A stretch of 64,000 nt of DNA from Candidatus Bathyarchaeum sp. (lineage in GTDB: Archaea > Thermoproteota > Bathyarchaeia > Bathyarchaeales > Bathyarchaeaceae): positions 319,116-383,115 of the forward strand of contig CP070820.1 in the NCBI GenBank assembly GCA_020344315.1, written 5' to 3'. This document shows, one piece after another, positions 54,098-63,820 of this stretch; position 1 is the first letter of the stretch; each line of letters begins with the position of its first letter. The notes below the pieces were generated by a model, which did no database searches, was not told the origin of the DNA, and saw nothing but the letters and a program-made list of their open reading frames with translations. A program made the translations under genes and the position numbers.

Positions 54098-55744
54098 ATG
54101 ATGTATTGTTGGTACACAAAGGTGTGGAAAAAAGGGCATAAAAGTCGGGGTTTCCTTGGAGTTATTCTTACACTTGCAGTTACCTTGATGCTCATTGGAG
54201 TTTTTGTTTGTCAACCCGTTTCTAGCTGCTATGGTCCCCATATTAATACTACCGTCTCAGCGACTCAAATTAACATAAACGAAAACGTCACCGTAACCGG
54301 AGAAGTTTGTCTTGGCATTGACGAAGAAACAAACCTGACCGTAAGAATGGTATTTGTTAGACCAGACTACAGTTGGATAGAGCAATTTCTTCAAGCTGAC
54401 AATGAAACAGGCGAATTCATGGTAACTCAGAAACTTGATATGGTTGGATACTGGAACATATTTCCAGTGCTTGGTCACATAAATGACAGAATGGGTGTAA
54501 CTGTAGTTGATCCATCAGGTGAATCACGCGAACCGACGGTGATTGCCGGGTCACCATTTAAACCAAACCTTCTACTGGTATCTGTAGCCATAGCTATAGT
54601 AAGCATTGGTGGAATAGTAGCTATAACTGGAATACGGAAAAAGACGCGAAAAATCAGTTCTTTGCGGTTGTTCGTCCAAATTCTTTTGGTATTCATAATC
54701 TTCTTTGGCATGTTCGTTGATCACCAAATCCTGCCACAACCAGCAAGTAAAGTTCCTGTACACGAATTATTAGTTGGAACAAATGTTCTTGGAGTGGAAA
54801 TGCCTGATGGTTTTCCTGTTCCATTCTTTGGGTGTTACTATCCCTGTGGCAAAACTGTAACCTGTGCCCTTTGGGAAATTCAAACATACTTTTACCCTTT
54901 CTGGCAAACTGAGCGTGGCTGGGGCGTAGATTACAACTCTTCAGGGCTAGTCAGGTTGGCGGTTGTTTTCGGAGCAGTCATATTGTTGTCGATTCTTCTG
55001 GGCAAATTCTTCTGCGGATGGGTTTGCCCTTTCGGCTTGTATATGGATGCACTTACATACCTCAGAAAATTCGTAAAGATACCACATCGAGATTTGTCAG
55101 AAAACTTCAACAAGAAGTTTCATCAGCTCGGGTACGTGATTTTAGCCCTACTTATAGTATTAAGTGTCATTTTCGGCTCAGAAGCCATAGCAGGCGCACA
55201 ACTGGTTCCTGAAACCGAAGTAGGAGGCTTTGTTTACCAGTACTTTTCTGCGCCTTTTTGCCAAGTCTGTCCGATGAAGCCATTTTGTGTGCTACTACAA
55301 TCAAGCGTGAACTTGATACGTCCCGAATGGATTAGTCAGGTAACAACAGGGCAGTTCTATGAATTGGGTTATTATGTTACTTCAATAAATCTAATCGTGT
55401 TGGGCGTAGTTACCGTCGCAGCATTCTTTTTTAGGCGTGCATGGTGCAGAATCTGCCCTCTAGGCGCCTTAATCGCTTTATTCAATCGCTTTCCACCATT
55501 CAAATGGGTATCATTTCTTCGCTTAGACAAGGTGGAAGAGAAATGCACCAAATGTGGAATCTGCAAGAGAGTTTGTCCAACACAAGTCACAGAAGTGTAT
55601 GACGAGAAAAGCGGAGACGTCACGACCTCCAAATGTATAATGTGTCTACGCTGTGTTGAAATGTGCCCATACGAAGATGCTCTACAATTGAAAGCGGCAG
55701 GAAAAACCATTGCGAGGTCTAGAAACTGGTTAGAAGAAAGGTGA
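54098..55744 (+). CDS. NapH/NosH-like membrane polyferredoxin (COG0348-like) with N-terminal extracellular Ig-like domain
   Basis: Membrane Cys motifs FFCGWVCPFG and AWCRICPLG. C-terminal CTKCGICKRVCP and CIMCLRCVEMCP. Signal-anchor plus beta-rich about 130-aa N-domain. ATG 54098 is preferred because TTG 54068 lies inside the operator. Confidence 0.8.
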   Translation: MMYCWYTKVWKKGHKSRGFLGVILTLAVTLMLIGVFVCQPVSSCYGPHINTTVSATQININENVTVTGEVCLGIDEETNLTVRMVFVRPDYSWIEQFLQADNETGEFMVTQKLDMVGYWNIFPVLGHINDRMGVTVVDPSGESREPTVIAGSPFKPNLLLVSVAIAIVSIGGIVAITGIRKKTRKISSLRLFVQILLVFIIFFGMFVDHQILPQPASKVPVHELLVGTNVLGVEMPDGFPVPFFGCYYPCGKTVTCALWEIQTYFYPFWQTERGWGVDYNSSGLVRLAVVFGAVILLSILLGKFFCGWVCPFGLYMDALTYLRKFVKIPHRDLSENFNKKFHQLGYVILALLIVLSVIFGSEAIAGAQLVPETEVGGFVYQYFSAPFCQVCPMKPFCVLLQSSVNLIRPEWISQVTTGQFYELGYYVTSINLIVLGVVTVAAFFFRRAWCRICPLGALIALFNRFPPFKWVSFLRLDKVEEKCTKCGICKRVCPTQVTEVYDEKSGDVTTSKCIMCLRCVEMCPYEDALQLKAAGKTIARSRNWLEER

Positions 55745-55749
55745 AATGA

Positions 55750-56649
55750 GTGGAATGTCCCGTGAAACAAATAAAAGCGCTTGTTATTCTGTTAACCTTA
55801 ATCAGCTTCTGTTCTGTGAATATTTTGTCAGTTCAAGCATCTGGACTCATTTTTGTCAGGGCTGACGGAAGCCTTGAAGGAACAAATAAGATTCAGCGCA
55901 ACGGAAACGTTTACACTTTTATAGGCGACATCAAAGAGTCTTACGGAATTATTGTAGAAACAAAAAACATTGTGATTGACGGAAAAGGTCATACACTAGA
56001 GGGAACACCCAGAATTCTGCCAATCGGTTCATGGGACTTTGGAATAGAATTAACGAACATTACAAGCGGTCATGTGACAATCAAAGATTTGAAAATTCTA
56101 AACTTCAATATTGGAATCTACGTTGGGACAGCAAATAACACAATAACAGGGAACACAATAAGCGGCGGTAATGTAGGCATCACCATCGCAGAGTCCCCAA
56201 ACATTATTATTGGCAACCACATAGAAAACAATCTAGAAGGCGTCTTTTTAGGTCCTCTCCCACACGATCACGCAAATGTACATAACATATTTTATCACAA
56301 CAGTTTTGTTAACAACACGAGGCACGTTTACGATTGTGAATGCACTAACCCAATCTGGATTCAGCACCTGAACGTTTGGGACAATGGTACAAGCGGCAAT
56401 TATTGGAGTGACTACGACGGTATTGATGTGGATAAAGATGGAATTGGTGATACTCCCTACTCAGTTACTGAGGACGATGTTGATACGTGCCCTCTTATGG
56501 AGCCTCTAGCATATCCTTTAGGCGGAAAAGACGGCTTCCTAGGCACAAACATACCCTTAGAAGTTGGGCTTGCTATTATAGCAGGGGCAATTATTGCAAT
56601 ATCAACAACAGCTTATGTAGTTTTCAAGCGCAAAAAATCTAAGGCCTAA
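55750..56649 (+). CDS. NosD-like parallel beta-helix protein with signal peptide and C-terminal TM anchor
   Basis: Signal-like KQIKALVILLTLISFCSVNILSVQA, PbH1 repeats, GNYWSDYDGIDVDKDGIGDTPY....DVDTCPLM, and a C-terminal hydrophobic helix plus KRKKSK. Confidence 0.8.
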   Translation: MECPVKQIKALVILLTLISFCSVNILSVQASGLIFVRADGSLEGTNKIQRNGNVYTFIGDIKESYGIIVETKNIVIDGKGHTLEGTPRILPIGSWDFGIELTNITSGHVTIKDLKILNFNIGIYVGTANNTITGNTISGGNVGITIAESPNIIIGNHIENNLEGVFLGPLPHDHANVHNIFYHNSFVNNTRHVYDCECTNPIWIQHLNVWDNGTSGNYWSDYDGIDVDKDGIGDTPYSVTEDDVDTCPLMEPLAYPLGGKDGFLGTNIPLEVGLAIIAGAIIAISTTAYVVFKRKKSKA

Positions 56650-56668
56650 CAAAAAAGAAACGCTCTCA

Positions 56669-57358
56669 TCATAACTGAAGTAGCTCTATTACTGCAAATG
56701 ACAAAACGGAAATCCCTAGCAAAACAAGGATTATTCCACCCAGTATTGATATCCATTTTCTGAAGTCCGGAGCTTTTTCAAGAAGCCAGCCAACTACGCC
56801 TCCAAGAAACAGCAATGGAGATAATGCCGTTCCCAAACCAAAAAGAACCGCTAAAAGAGTACAATTTGCTTGAGAGAATGTAACGGCGTATAAGAGAAGA
56901 GCAATAAGAGGAGGACATAATACAAAACCTCTAGTGAAACCCATAGAAAATGCTCGAACATCAAATCTTTGCTTCACACTCTTTAAGATCCCTTGAGGTT
57001 CAAGGTCCTTTACCATGCAAGTGTCGCCGGAAGTTTTTTTGAAGAATATGCTTATGCCGATAAAGATAACGACAAAACCGAAGATTATAGAAGAAAATTG
57101 CTGGTAGGACTCTAAGAATGTGCCGCTCACAAAGAATTTGAACAAACCGGCTAAGCTCCCTATCACCGCATAGGCTGCTATGCGACCTGAATTATAGATT
57201 GCGGTGACCGTTACTCCTCTACGGAATCCTGCTTTGATTCCTGCAATGTAACTTGCCACATAAGGGAGGCATACTGACGTGCAGAATGTGAGCCCATACA
57301 ATAGCCCTAAAGCAAGGGATGCAAGATAAGGGTTCGAAATCTGCTCTAGCACACTCAT
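56669..57358 (-). CDS. DsbD_2 / CcdA-like thiol-disulfide transfer membrane protein
   Basis: 229 aa, 6 TM. Cys in TM1 (GLTFCTSVCLPY) and TM4 (GFVLCPPL), as in CcdA/DsbD-family electron-transfer cores. Confidence 0.6.
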   Translation of the reverse strand: MSVLEQISNPYLASLALGLLYGLTFCTSVCLPYVASYIAGIKAGFRRGVTVTAIYNSGRIAAYAVIGSLAGLFKFFVSGTFLESYQQFSSIIFGFVVIFIGISIFFKKTSGDTCMVKDLEPQGILKSVKQRFDVRAFSMGFTRGFVLCPPLIALLLYAVTFSQANCTLLAVLFGLGTALSPLLFLGGVVGWLLEKAPDFRKWISILGGIILVLLGISVLSFAVIELLQL

Positions 57359-57393
57359 CTTTAAAGACCTACACGATTTTTCTGATGTTTTGC

Positions 57394-58125
57394 CTATACT
57401 GGCTCTTCAAACTCCTCTTGAGGTATCTGCGAAAAAAGCTTTCCATCCCTCATAAAAAGCAAACGATTTGTGTATCCCCTGACATATCCCGCATGGGTTA
57501 CAGCTACAACCGTCTGACCCTGCTCCTTGTTGGCCTCATGGCATATCCTAAGAATCTCTCTTCCTGTTTTGGTGTCTAGGTTCCCGGTGGGCTCATCTAA
57601 AAGAAGAATCCTAGGCTTGTTAGCAAATGCCCGAACAATGGCTACCCTTTGTTGTTCCCCAGCACTCAATTCCACAGGCAAGTGATGAGCCCGTTGCCCC
57701 AGTCCGACCGATTCAAGAAGTTCTATTGATCGTTCAAAGCGTTCATTCTTTGACATGTCAGTTGGAGCTAAAGCTACTTCCACATTCTCAAGGGCGGAAA
57801 AAGTGGGTATTAAATTGAATGCTTGAAAGACAAAACCAACCTTCTCGCGTCTAACCCTAACCAACTCACCTTCACTCAGCTTCGAAAGCTCCAATCCATC
57901 CAGAATTACCTTCCCCCCACTTGGCTTGTCAAGCCCCCCTATCAGATTGAGGAGGGTTGTTTTGCCGCTTCCAGAGGGACCCAGAATAGTTAGGAATTGT
58001 CCTTCCGGAACCTCCAAACAGACTTCATCCACGGCTTTTACTTCACCAGCGCTCCCTTTACGATAGGTTTTTGACAGGTTTGAAACCTCGATTATGTTTC
58101 TTGTTGGCATCCCTAATTTCTCCAT
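57394..58125 (-). CDS. ABC transporter ATP-binding protein, MacB/LolD type
   Basis: Walker [18 protein letters not shown]...ALENV, signature [13 protein letters not shown], Walker B LLLDEPT. Confidence 0.9.
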   Translation of the reverse strand: MEKLGMPTRNIIEVSNLSKTYRKGSAGEVKAVDEVCLEVPEGQFLTILGPSGSGKTTLLNLIGGLDKPSGGKVILDGLELSKLSEGELVRVRREKVGFVFQAFNLIPTFSALENVEVALAPTDMSKNERFERSIELLESVGLGQRAHHLPVELSAGEQQRVAIVRAFANKPRILLLDEPTGNLDTKTGREILRICHEANKEQGQTVVAVTHAGYVRGYTNRLLFMRDGKLFSQIPQEEFEEPV

Positions 58126-59301
58126 CTATATTGTTCTAAGAGCGTCGACAGGTACCAGTCTAGCTGCCCTCCAAGAAGAGAATAATCCTGCAACGATCCC
58201 GCTTACCATTGATATTCCGAACCCTATGCTGAGGATTATGGGGTCTATTGTTATGAAATTCAGGGCTCCGCCAATTTCTCCTCCTATGGTGGAAAGGACA
58301 TACGAAGCAAAAATGTAACCTAAGGCGCAGCCTAGCAGTCCACCTATAATTCCCTGTATTACGGACTCGATGGCAATCTGGTTTACGACATTAGAGTTGC
58401 TCCAGCCTATTGCCTTCAAGATTCCTATCTCTTTAGTGCGCTCTGCCACAGTACTCAGTTGAGATTTAATTGTGAAGAGAATGGTGATAACCGCTAAAGC
58501 AATTGAAATGCTCCAAGCAGTATCCTCATTTATTTGGATAACCCCAAATGCTGTTTCAGCTAAATCCGAACCAGTTAATGTGCTTGAATTAGGCCACTCA
58601 TCTTCTAATGCTGTCGCAGTTTTTTCTACCTTACCTGGGCTACTTGTTCGGATGAGACCCATATTTACTAGCCCAACTGGTTTTTCAGGTAAGACTTCTT
58701 GGACGATTGGCAGGTTCACGTATATGTGGGATTTCATGATGTTTGTTGCACTAACTTCAACTATGCCCACCACTTCAAAGTCTGCTGCGTAAGTTACTGT
58801 TGAACCTAAAGTGAGATTATTTAGTTGAGCATATTCGTTGTCAACAAGAGCCACATACCCATCGTGGGCTGTAAGATATCTGCCCTCAATTATGGAGCTC
58901 GGCAATACGGCGTTTGTTTCTGTTTCGGATGGGTCTATACCCGTAAAAACCATAGCGCGTAGCCTGTGCATCAGTATCGGTACCGCACATTCAACATCGG
59001 GGACATCCTCTATTTCAGTTAGGAGGGTTTGGTTGAATGGATACGAAAAGAGGTGGTTTACAATATAGCAGCCTGTGCCTGCTGGTTTGACTGGTGCAGT
59101 GTAGAATAAGATTATGTCTGTTCCTATGCTGTTAAGGGGGACTTTGGTACATGTTTCCCAGCCTCTAGCAGCCATAACTAGTGTGATTAGGGTACTGATG
59201 GCGATGATAAAGCCTGCAATATTTACTGCGGTTCGATATTTCCGTCTTCGTATTTCCTTTACAGCATACGTGAATGGTATCAAAAAGTCAACCTCACCCA
59301 A
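58126..59301 (-). CDS. ABC transporter permease, FtsX/MacB type with large extracytoplasmic domain
   Basis: N-terminal TM, about 230-aa external domain, then a 3-TM FtsX module (ERTKEIGILKAIGWS). It abuts the ATPase gene. Confidence 0.85.
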   Translation of the reverse strand: MGEVDFLIPFTYAVKEIRRRKYRTAVNIAGFIIAISTLITLVMAARGWETCTKVPLNSIGTDIILFYTAPVKPAGTGCYIVNHLFSYPFNQTLLTEIEDVPDVECAVPILMHRLRAMVFTGIDPSETETNAVLPSSIIEGRYLTAHDGYVALVDNEYAQLNNLTLGSTVTYAADFEVVGIVEVSATNIMKSHIYVNLPIVQEVLPEKPVGLVNMGLIRTSSPGKVEKTATALEDEWPNSSTLTGSDLAETAFGVIQINEDTAWSISIALAVITILFTIKSQLSTVAERTKEIGILKAIGWSNSNVVNQIAIESVIQGIIGGLLGCALGYIFASYVLSTIGGEIGGALNFITIDPIILSIGFGISMVSGIVAGLFSSWRAARLVPVDALRTI

Positions 59302-59493
59302 TTATCAAGATATAACCTGAGATTCTTATGGTTTCTGTTTGTAAATGATTGATAAGATCAATAAAAAATCAACGTAACCATCACGGAACCCATGAAAAAA
59401 CTTAGACTACGTTTACAAATAGGTCGGAAAAAACAATGACGGCCTAACATACTTTAGAAAAAGGAAATAACTGCGTATTTCGTCAAAATATAC

Positions 59494-59691
59494 CTATATC
59501 TCGCGGATTTCGCAGCTCAGTTTTTTCACTATTTCTTCAGCGTTTGTGGGATTAACTTTTAGGGTGTACAGTTTTCGTGGAGTTCGAAGTTTTAGTTTAA
59601 CCACTCGTTCAAGCCGTTTAATGCTGCAGTATTCTGCCCGCTCCGCAATCTCTATGAATTCGTCAACATCAAAGATTTCTACAGGCATCAT
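59494..59691 (-). CDS. rpl38e: Ribosomal protein L38e (eL38)
   Basis: MMPVEIFDVDEFIEIAERAEYCSIKRLERVVKLKLRTPRKLYTLKVNPTNAEEIVKKL is colinear with eukaryotic L38 (..IKDFL..AR..DAK.V.IKK....VKFK.R.SRYLYTL...D..KA.KL). ATG 59691 has a TTTTATA box about 25 nt upstream. The track ORF extends to 59793. Confidence 0.75.
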   Translation of the reverse strand: MMPVEIFDVDEFIEIAERAEYCSIKRLERVVKLKLRTPRKLYTLKVNPTNAEEIVKKLSCEIREI

Positions 59692-59913
59692 ATTCGCCTT
59701 CGCAGGTTCGTATAAAACTGGCTCGCCTATTTTATCTTTTGTGGTTCCAAACAGAAAACGCTTATCTAGGCTATCTGCAAACCACTTTTTCAAACCTGCC
59801 CGCGCATTTCATCTCGATTCTTAAGCCATAAGACTTAATTTAGTGACTGCAGTAAATATAAATGGATTTTAACGGAGCGATTCGGACAAAGCCAAGCGCA
59901 AGATGAGGACTCC

Positions 59914-60360
59914 ATGCCAATAAACAAAAAAAAGTTTGAGGGAGGAAAACTCCACAGCATAGTAGAAGAGGAGATACTCTCATTCTTAAAAGAACGGAAA
60001 GAGGGAGCTTTCACGTCCCAGGAGATAATGGCTGGAATACGCTATCCCACGGATTTCAGCACTCCGGAAATTAGCAGGATGTCAGCTTTCGCAATAGCGG
60101 ATTTCACAACATTTCTCCATGATCTGGTGAGGAGGAGAACGATCAGAATGAAGATCGTTAGTAATCGAATGTACTTCATGGTACTTGACAGCCACGGGGC
60201 TAAATGTCCCAAGTGCAATGAGCTTTTTGAGCCGAAAAAAACGTGGAAGATGGCAGGGCGGCCAGACAAAAAGGGCAAACGCTTTCAGCTACACATAGGT
60301 CTATACAAGTGCCCAAAGCATGGAACCTTCAGAAAGGTTCTGGACAAAAGAAAAATCTAA
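59914..60360 (+). CDS. Winged-helix-like plus zinc-ribbon protein, unknown function
   Basis: 148 aa. The N-terminal half looks wHTH-like. C-terminal KCPKC...(27 aa)...KCPKHG forms a CxxC/CxxH ribbon with a basic linker. Confidence 0.45.
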   Translation: MPINKKKFEGGKLHSIVEEEILSFLKERKEGAFTSQEIMAGIRYPTDFSTPEISRMSAFAIADFTTFLHDLVRRRTIRMKIVSNRMYFMVLDSHGAKCPKCNELFEPKKTWKMAGRPDKKGKRFQLHIGLYKCPKHGTFRKVLDKRKI

Positions 60361-60371
60361 ATTTCTGATGT

Positions 60372-60554
60372 TTGACGATAGAGATACCACGAGCACAAAT
60401 ACGTGATCGTTATGGCAACTGGTCCGACTACAATCCAGAAAGGGTCGAAGATTGCATTAAAATTCTTCTGGAAGGAGTTAAACCACCATTTTCTTACTCA
60501 ATCACCCACGCTGACAGCATTCTCCATGTTATTCGAAAAGAACAATCAAGATAA
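60372..60554 (+). CDS. Hypothetical small protein (weak)
   Basis: 60-aa ORF with TTG start and no recognisable motif. It fills the gap between two co-oriented genes. Confidence 0.2.
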   Translation: MTIEIPRAQIRDRYGNWSDYNPERVEDCIKILLEGVKPPFSYSITHADSILHVIRKEQSR

Positions 60555-60642
60555 CTATCTACTAATGATAGAGCAACTTGACTTTTTGAGACTCTATGTT
60601 TATAAGAGACCCCCAGAAAGGGTTTTTCATACCTGAGGGCAT

Positions 60643-61584
60643 ATGATGAAAAGATCTGAGATCCTCGGTGCCACTGAACGTATTCTGGAAAAAGCGGGAT
60701 TTCAACTGTCAAAAAGATGCTCCTCACGATCCTCCTGCTTCGATCTAGCAGCCCAAGGACATAAACAGCTTATCTTCCTGAAGATTTGCGCCGATATAGG
60801 AAATGCGTGCCTCAATGACGCTGCAGAACTTCAGAAGATCTCAGGATGCTTCTCTGCTATACCCCTAATCATTGGCGAAAAGACCCGAAAAAAGCCACTC
60901 GAAGACGATACTGTTTACACTAGATATGAGATCTGCGTCATAACCGCTAGAACTCTGGAAGATATGGTCCTCAGGGGAGCGCATCCTCTGGTTGAGGCTG
61001 GACCTGGAGGCTATTACATAAAACTTGACGGGAACCTTATCAAGAAACGGAGACAAGAACTGGGGCTTTCTGTCGGAAAGTTGGCCGAGATGGTTGGAAT
61101 ATCAAGGAGAACTCTCTACGGCTATGAGAGAGGATTGGCAAAAGCCTCAGTCCCCGCAGCCTATAGACTTGAATGGATTCTGGGAGCGCCGGTGGTGCAA
61201 AACGCAGACGTCTTTCAAGCTCCTGACCGGATTTGTTTCATAGCTACAGCCAAGCGTATAGTCAGTAAACACCATCTTTTGAAGGCAGTTTTCAGAAAGT
61301 TTGCACAATTCAATTTCAAAGTAACCTGCATAGGAAGAGCTCCCTTCGATTTCATTGCCCGATGTCCAAAAAACGAAATGAAGATAATTGGGGGAGTGGC
61401 TAACGAAGGGGAACGGAACCTAGATCAGAGGATAAAGGAGACCACAAGTCTTGGCGAAATTATCGGTGCTCATGCCGTTTTCATAGTTCATGGAGAACGA
61501 ACTCAAAGCCGAAGTTTTCCCCTGATCCGTCCCAAAGTTCTTGAAAAAATGAAGTGTCCAGAAGAGCTCTTCGCCCAGCTTTAA
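60643..61584 (+). CDS. Archaeal putative HTH-type (XRE/cro-C1) transcriptional regulatory protein, about 310-aa family
   Basis: Central HTH IKKRRQELGLSVGKLAEMVGISRRTLYGYERG, flanked by conserved N- and C-terminal alpha/beta domains, as in the MJ1164-like family. Confidence 0.7.
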   Translation: MMKRSEILGATERILEKAGFQLSKRCSSRSSCFDLAAQGHKQLIFLKICADIGNACLNDAAELQKISGCFSAIPLIIGEKTRKKPLEDDTVYTRYEICVITARTLEDMVLRGAHPLVEAGPGGYYIKLDGNLIKKRRQELGLSVGKLAEMVGISRRTLYGYERGLAKASVPAAYRLEWILGAPVVQNADVFQAPDRICFIATAKRIVSKHHLLKAVFRKFAQFNFKVTCIGRAPFDFIARCPKNEMKIIGGVANEGERNLDQRIKETTSLGEIIGAHAVFIVHGERTQSRSFPLIRPKVLEKMKCPEELFAQL

Positions 61585-61618
61585 CTAGCACTGTTTTTCA
61601 TGAAAACTTTAAACTTTT

Positions 61619-62281
61619 TTACTGCAGTTTTTTCTGTCTAGAATCTGCTTCTCTCTTGATTCTTTTCGCTGGTTTCCATGATTTTCTCACGAAATCTGGG
61701 TAGGAACCAAACTTTTTGATCCAGCATTCTAAGAATTTAAGGGTGTTCGAGTCAGTTGGATAGCCGCAACCTATGTTGCCGTGTTTCTTTTGCAGTTCCG
61801 AAAGCACCTTATCCCGTTCCACCTTGGCTATGATAGAGGCTGCGGAGACGATCGGGTACTTTGCGTCTGCTTTGTGTTCAGATATTATTTTGAGACTGAA
61901 AGCGAGATTTTCAGTGATGTGTTCCTTAAATCGGTCAGGTAGAACGTCCGCTGCGTCCACATAAGCTACATCTGGTTTAAGAACTGCGATCACTCTTGCC
62001 ATTGCCTGAGCTTCGAGACGGTTCAGTCTGTGAAGCTTTCTTCCGGTTTCAACAACCCTGTCAATCTCAGCTGGAGACAACAACACTGTGTGACATTCAA
62101 GAGCCATCTTTTTTATCTGTACGGCAAGGGTTTTTCGTTTTTGGGGCGTTAGGAGTTTGGAATCCTTAACGCCAAGGTCCACTAGCTTAGGCAAATCTTT
62201 CTCCTCAAGTGAGATGCCTGCTATGGCTAAAGGACCAATGATCGATCCCCTACCAGCGTCGTCAACTCCAGATATTAACAC
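61619..62281 (-). CDS. rnhB: Ribonuclease HII
   Basis: GVDDAGRGS.IGPL, D.VYVDA.D, DSK...VSAASI.AK..RD. GTG start. Confidence 0.9.
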   Translation of the reverse strand: MLISGVDDAGRGSIIGPLAIAGISLEEKDLPKLVDLGVKDSKLLTPQKRKTLAVQIKKMALECHTVLLSPAEIDRVVETGRKLHRLNRLEAQAMARVIAVLKPDVAYVDAADVLPDRFKEHITENLAFSLKIISEHKADAKYPIVSAASIIAKVERDKVLSELQKKHGNIGCGYPTDSNTLKFLECWIKKFGSYPDFVRKSWKPAKRIKREADSRQKKLQ

Positions 62282-62425
62282 GTCGAAAACCTTCTTTGAT
62301 CACTTGATTAATTACTGACCATTTCTTCATGGGCCTTGACTTTCTGATAATAGTGCTTGGCGGCTAATTAGTACTACTAGTATAAGTAGATTAATTTCGA
62401 AAAATGTTTTGATTTATCGGATTTG

Positions 62426-63616
62426 TTATGATTTTTCTCCGCGCCACAATTTGGTGAACTTGGTTGGTTTTCCTTTATCGTATCGGATGATTAGCTTTGT
62501 CAATAGGGGAGTGACTATAATGGTGACTATGGATAAGAGAACTAGAGCCGCTACGATGTTCTCATCAAAGATTTCGTACTGAAATGCCAAGCTTGCTGTA
62601 GCCAATGTTGTTGACATCTGGGCAATTGTCATGACACCCATCCCCCAGCTGATTCTTGAGGGAAAACCTGCAAGGCGACCTCCAAGATAACCGCTCACCG
62701 ACTTACTAACTATCAAGGATAAGATGATCAAGCCTGTTGCTAGAGCATCTCCTGGAGCGAAGATCGTTGCCAAGTTAGTTGTCATCCCTAAGCTCAGAAG
62801 GAAAATTGGAATTAGGAAACCGTAGCTGATGGCAATGATGTTGCCTTCGAGTTTCTTTCGTCTTTTTAGCATATCTGAAAGGGTTAAGCCAGCTAAGAAA
62901 CCTCCAACCATGGCGTGAACGCCTATTAGTTCCGCCATCAATGCTACCAGAGCTAATGTTATGAAAACTGCCCTCACCCCTCCCGCAAAGACATCTTTTG
63001 AGGGTCCAAAATGGAAAAGCCATTCCTGAACTATTGGAATCACATAGAGAACCACAAGAACAAAAAACAATAAGGCAATTGGAAAAATCTCTAAGGGTAT
63101 CGGCGAAATGGGCACTACTGCCTTCAGCAAGACTGCGAGGAGAACAAGGCTGATCACATCCTCGAGAAAAATTGCTGACACCAGCGTTGATTTAATTTTT
63201 GGTTTAACATTCAGCTCTCTTAACATGGGAACGATTAACCCTACAGATGATGAACTGAAGCAGACTCCCAGAACTAATGATGAAAAAAAGTTTAATCCTA
63301 GGTAAGTTCCGACAAGAATTCCCGTGGAAAATGGGATGCCTAAGTTAACCGCAGAAAAAATTAGTACATTTTTGCCTGCTTTCTTTAGTGCCGAAAATCT
63401 TGTGTCCAATCCCGCGGTGAACATGAGAAAAACAAGTCCTATTGTTGCAAGGAAATTCATGACTTCCCCTGTATTGACAACGTTCAGACCATGGGGTCCC
63501 AAGAGCATTCCTGCAAAAATGACCGCGGTTACCCAGGGTATCTGAAATCTTCTTAGCATCACTGGAAAAAAGAAAGCGGCGGCAATCCAAATCAAGAATA
63601 AAAGGAAGTATGCCAT
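62426..63616 (-). CDS. Cation:proton antiporter (CPA2 / Kef-type Na+/H+ exchanger domain)
   Basis: 396 aa, about 12 TM. Typical LG.LLGP.GLN...........G...LMF.AGL pattern. Confidence 0.85.
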   Translation of the reverse strand: MAYFLLFLIWIAAAFFFPVMLRRFQIPWVTAVIFAGMLLGPHGLNVVNTGEVMNFLATIGLVFLMFTAGLDTRFSALKKAGKNVLIFSAVNLGIPFSTGILVGTYLGLNFFSSLVLGVCFSSSSVGLIVPMLRELNVKPKIKSTLVSAIFLEDVISLVLLAVLLKAVVPISPIPLEIFPIALLFFVLVVLYVIPIVQEWLFHFGPSKDVFAGGVRAVFITLALVALMAELIGVHAMVGGFLAGLTLSDMLKRRKKLEGNIIAISYGFLIPIFLLSLGMTTNLATIFAPGDALATGLIILSLIVSKSVSGYLGGRLAGFPSRISWGMGVMTIAQMSTTLATASLAFQYEIFDENIVAALVLLSIVTIIVTPLLTKLIIRYDKGKPTKFTKLWRGEKS

Positions 63617-63820
63617 CTATTACATCCTGACCCTCGCATATGTTATCCTTTAACACGGATTGGTTTCATAAATTCTGTATCTTGCATAAAAGGCTAATGG
63701 CTCAATGAAGAGTCTTTGCTGGATAGGGGTTAGCTAAGATTTCCTGTTGCAGTTTATCCATAATCGCACAGAGAGCAATCGATTTATCTTGATATTCAGT
63801 AGTCTCTGTGGGAGAGTCTA

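Noticed and set aside
54098-59301. Interpretation as a nitrous-oxide reductase (nos) gene cluster
   Set aside because: There is no NosZ, NosL or NosY-type permease. The ABC module is MacB/FtsX-type. Only the NosD-like and NapH/NosH-like folds are shared, so it is reported as an uncharacterised module instead.
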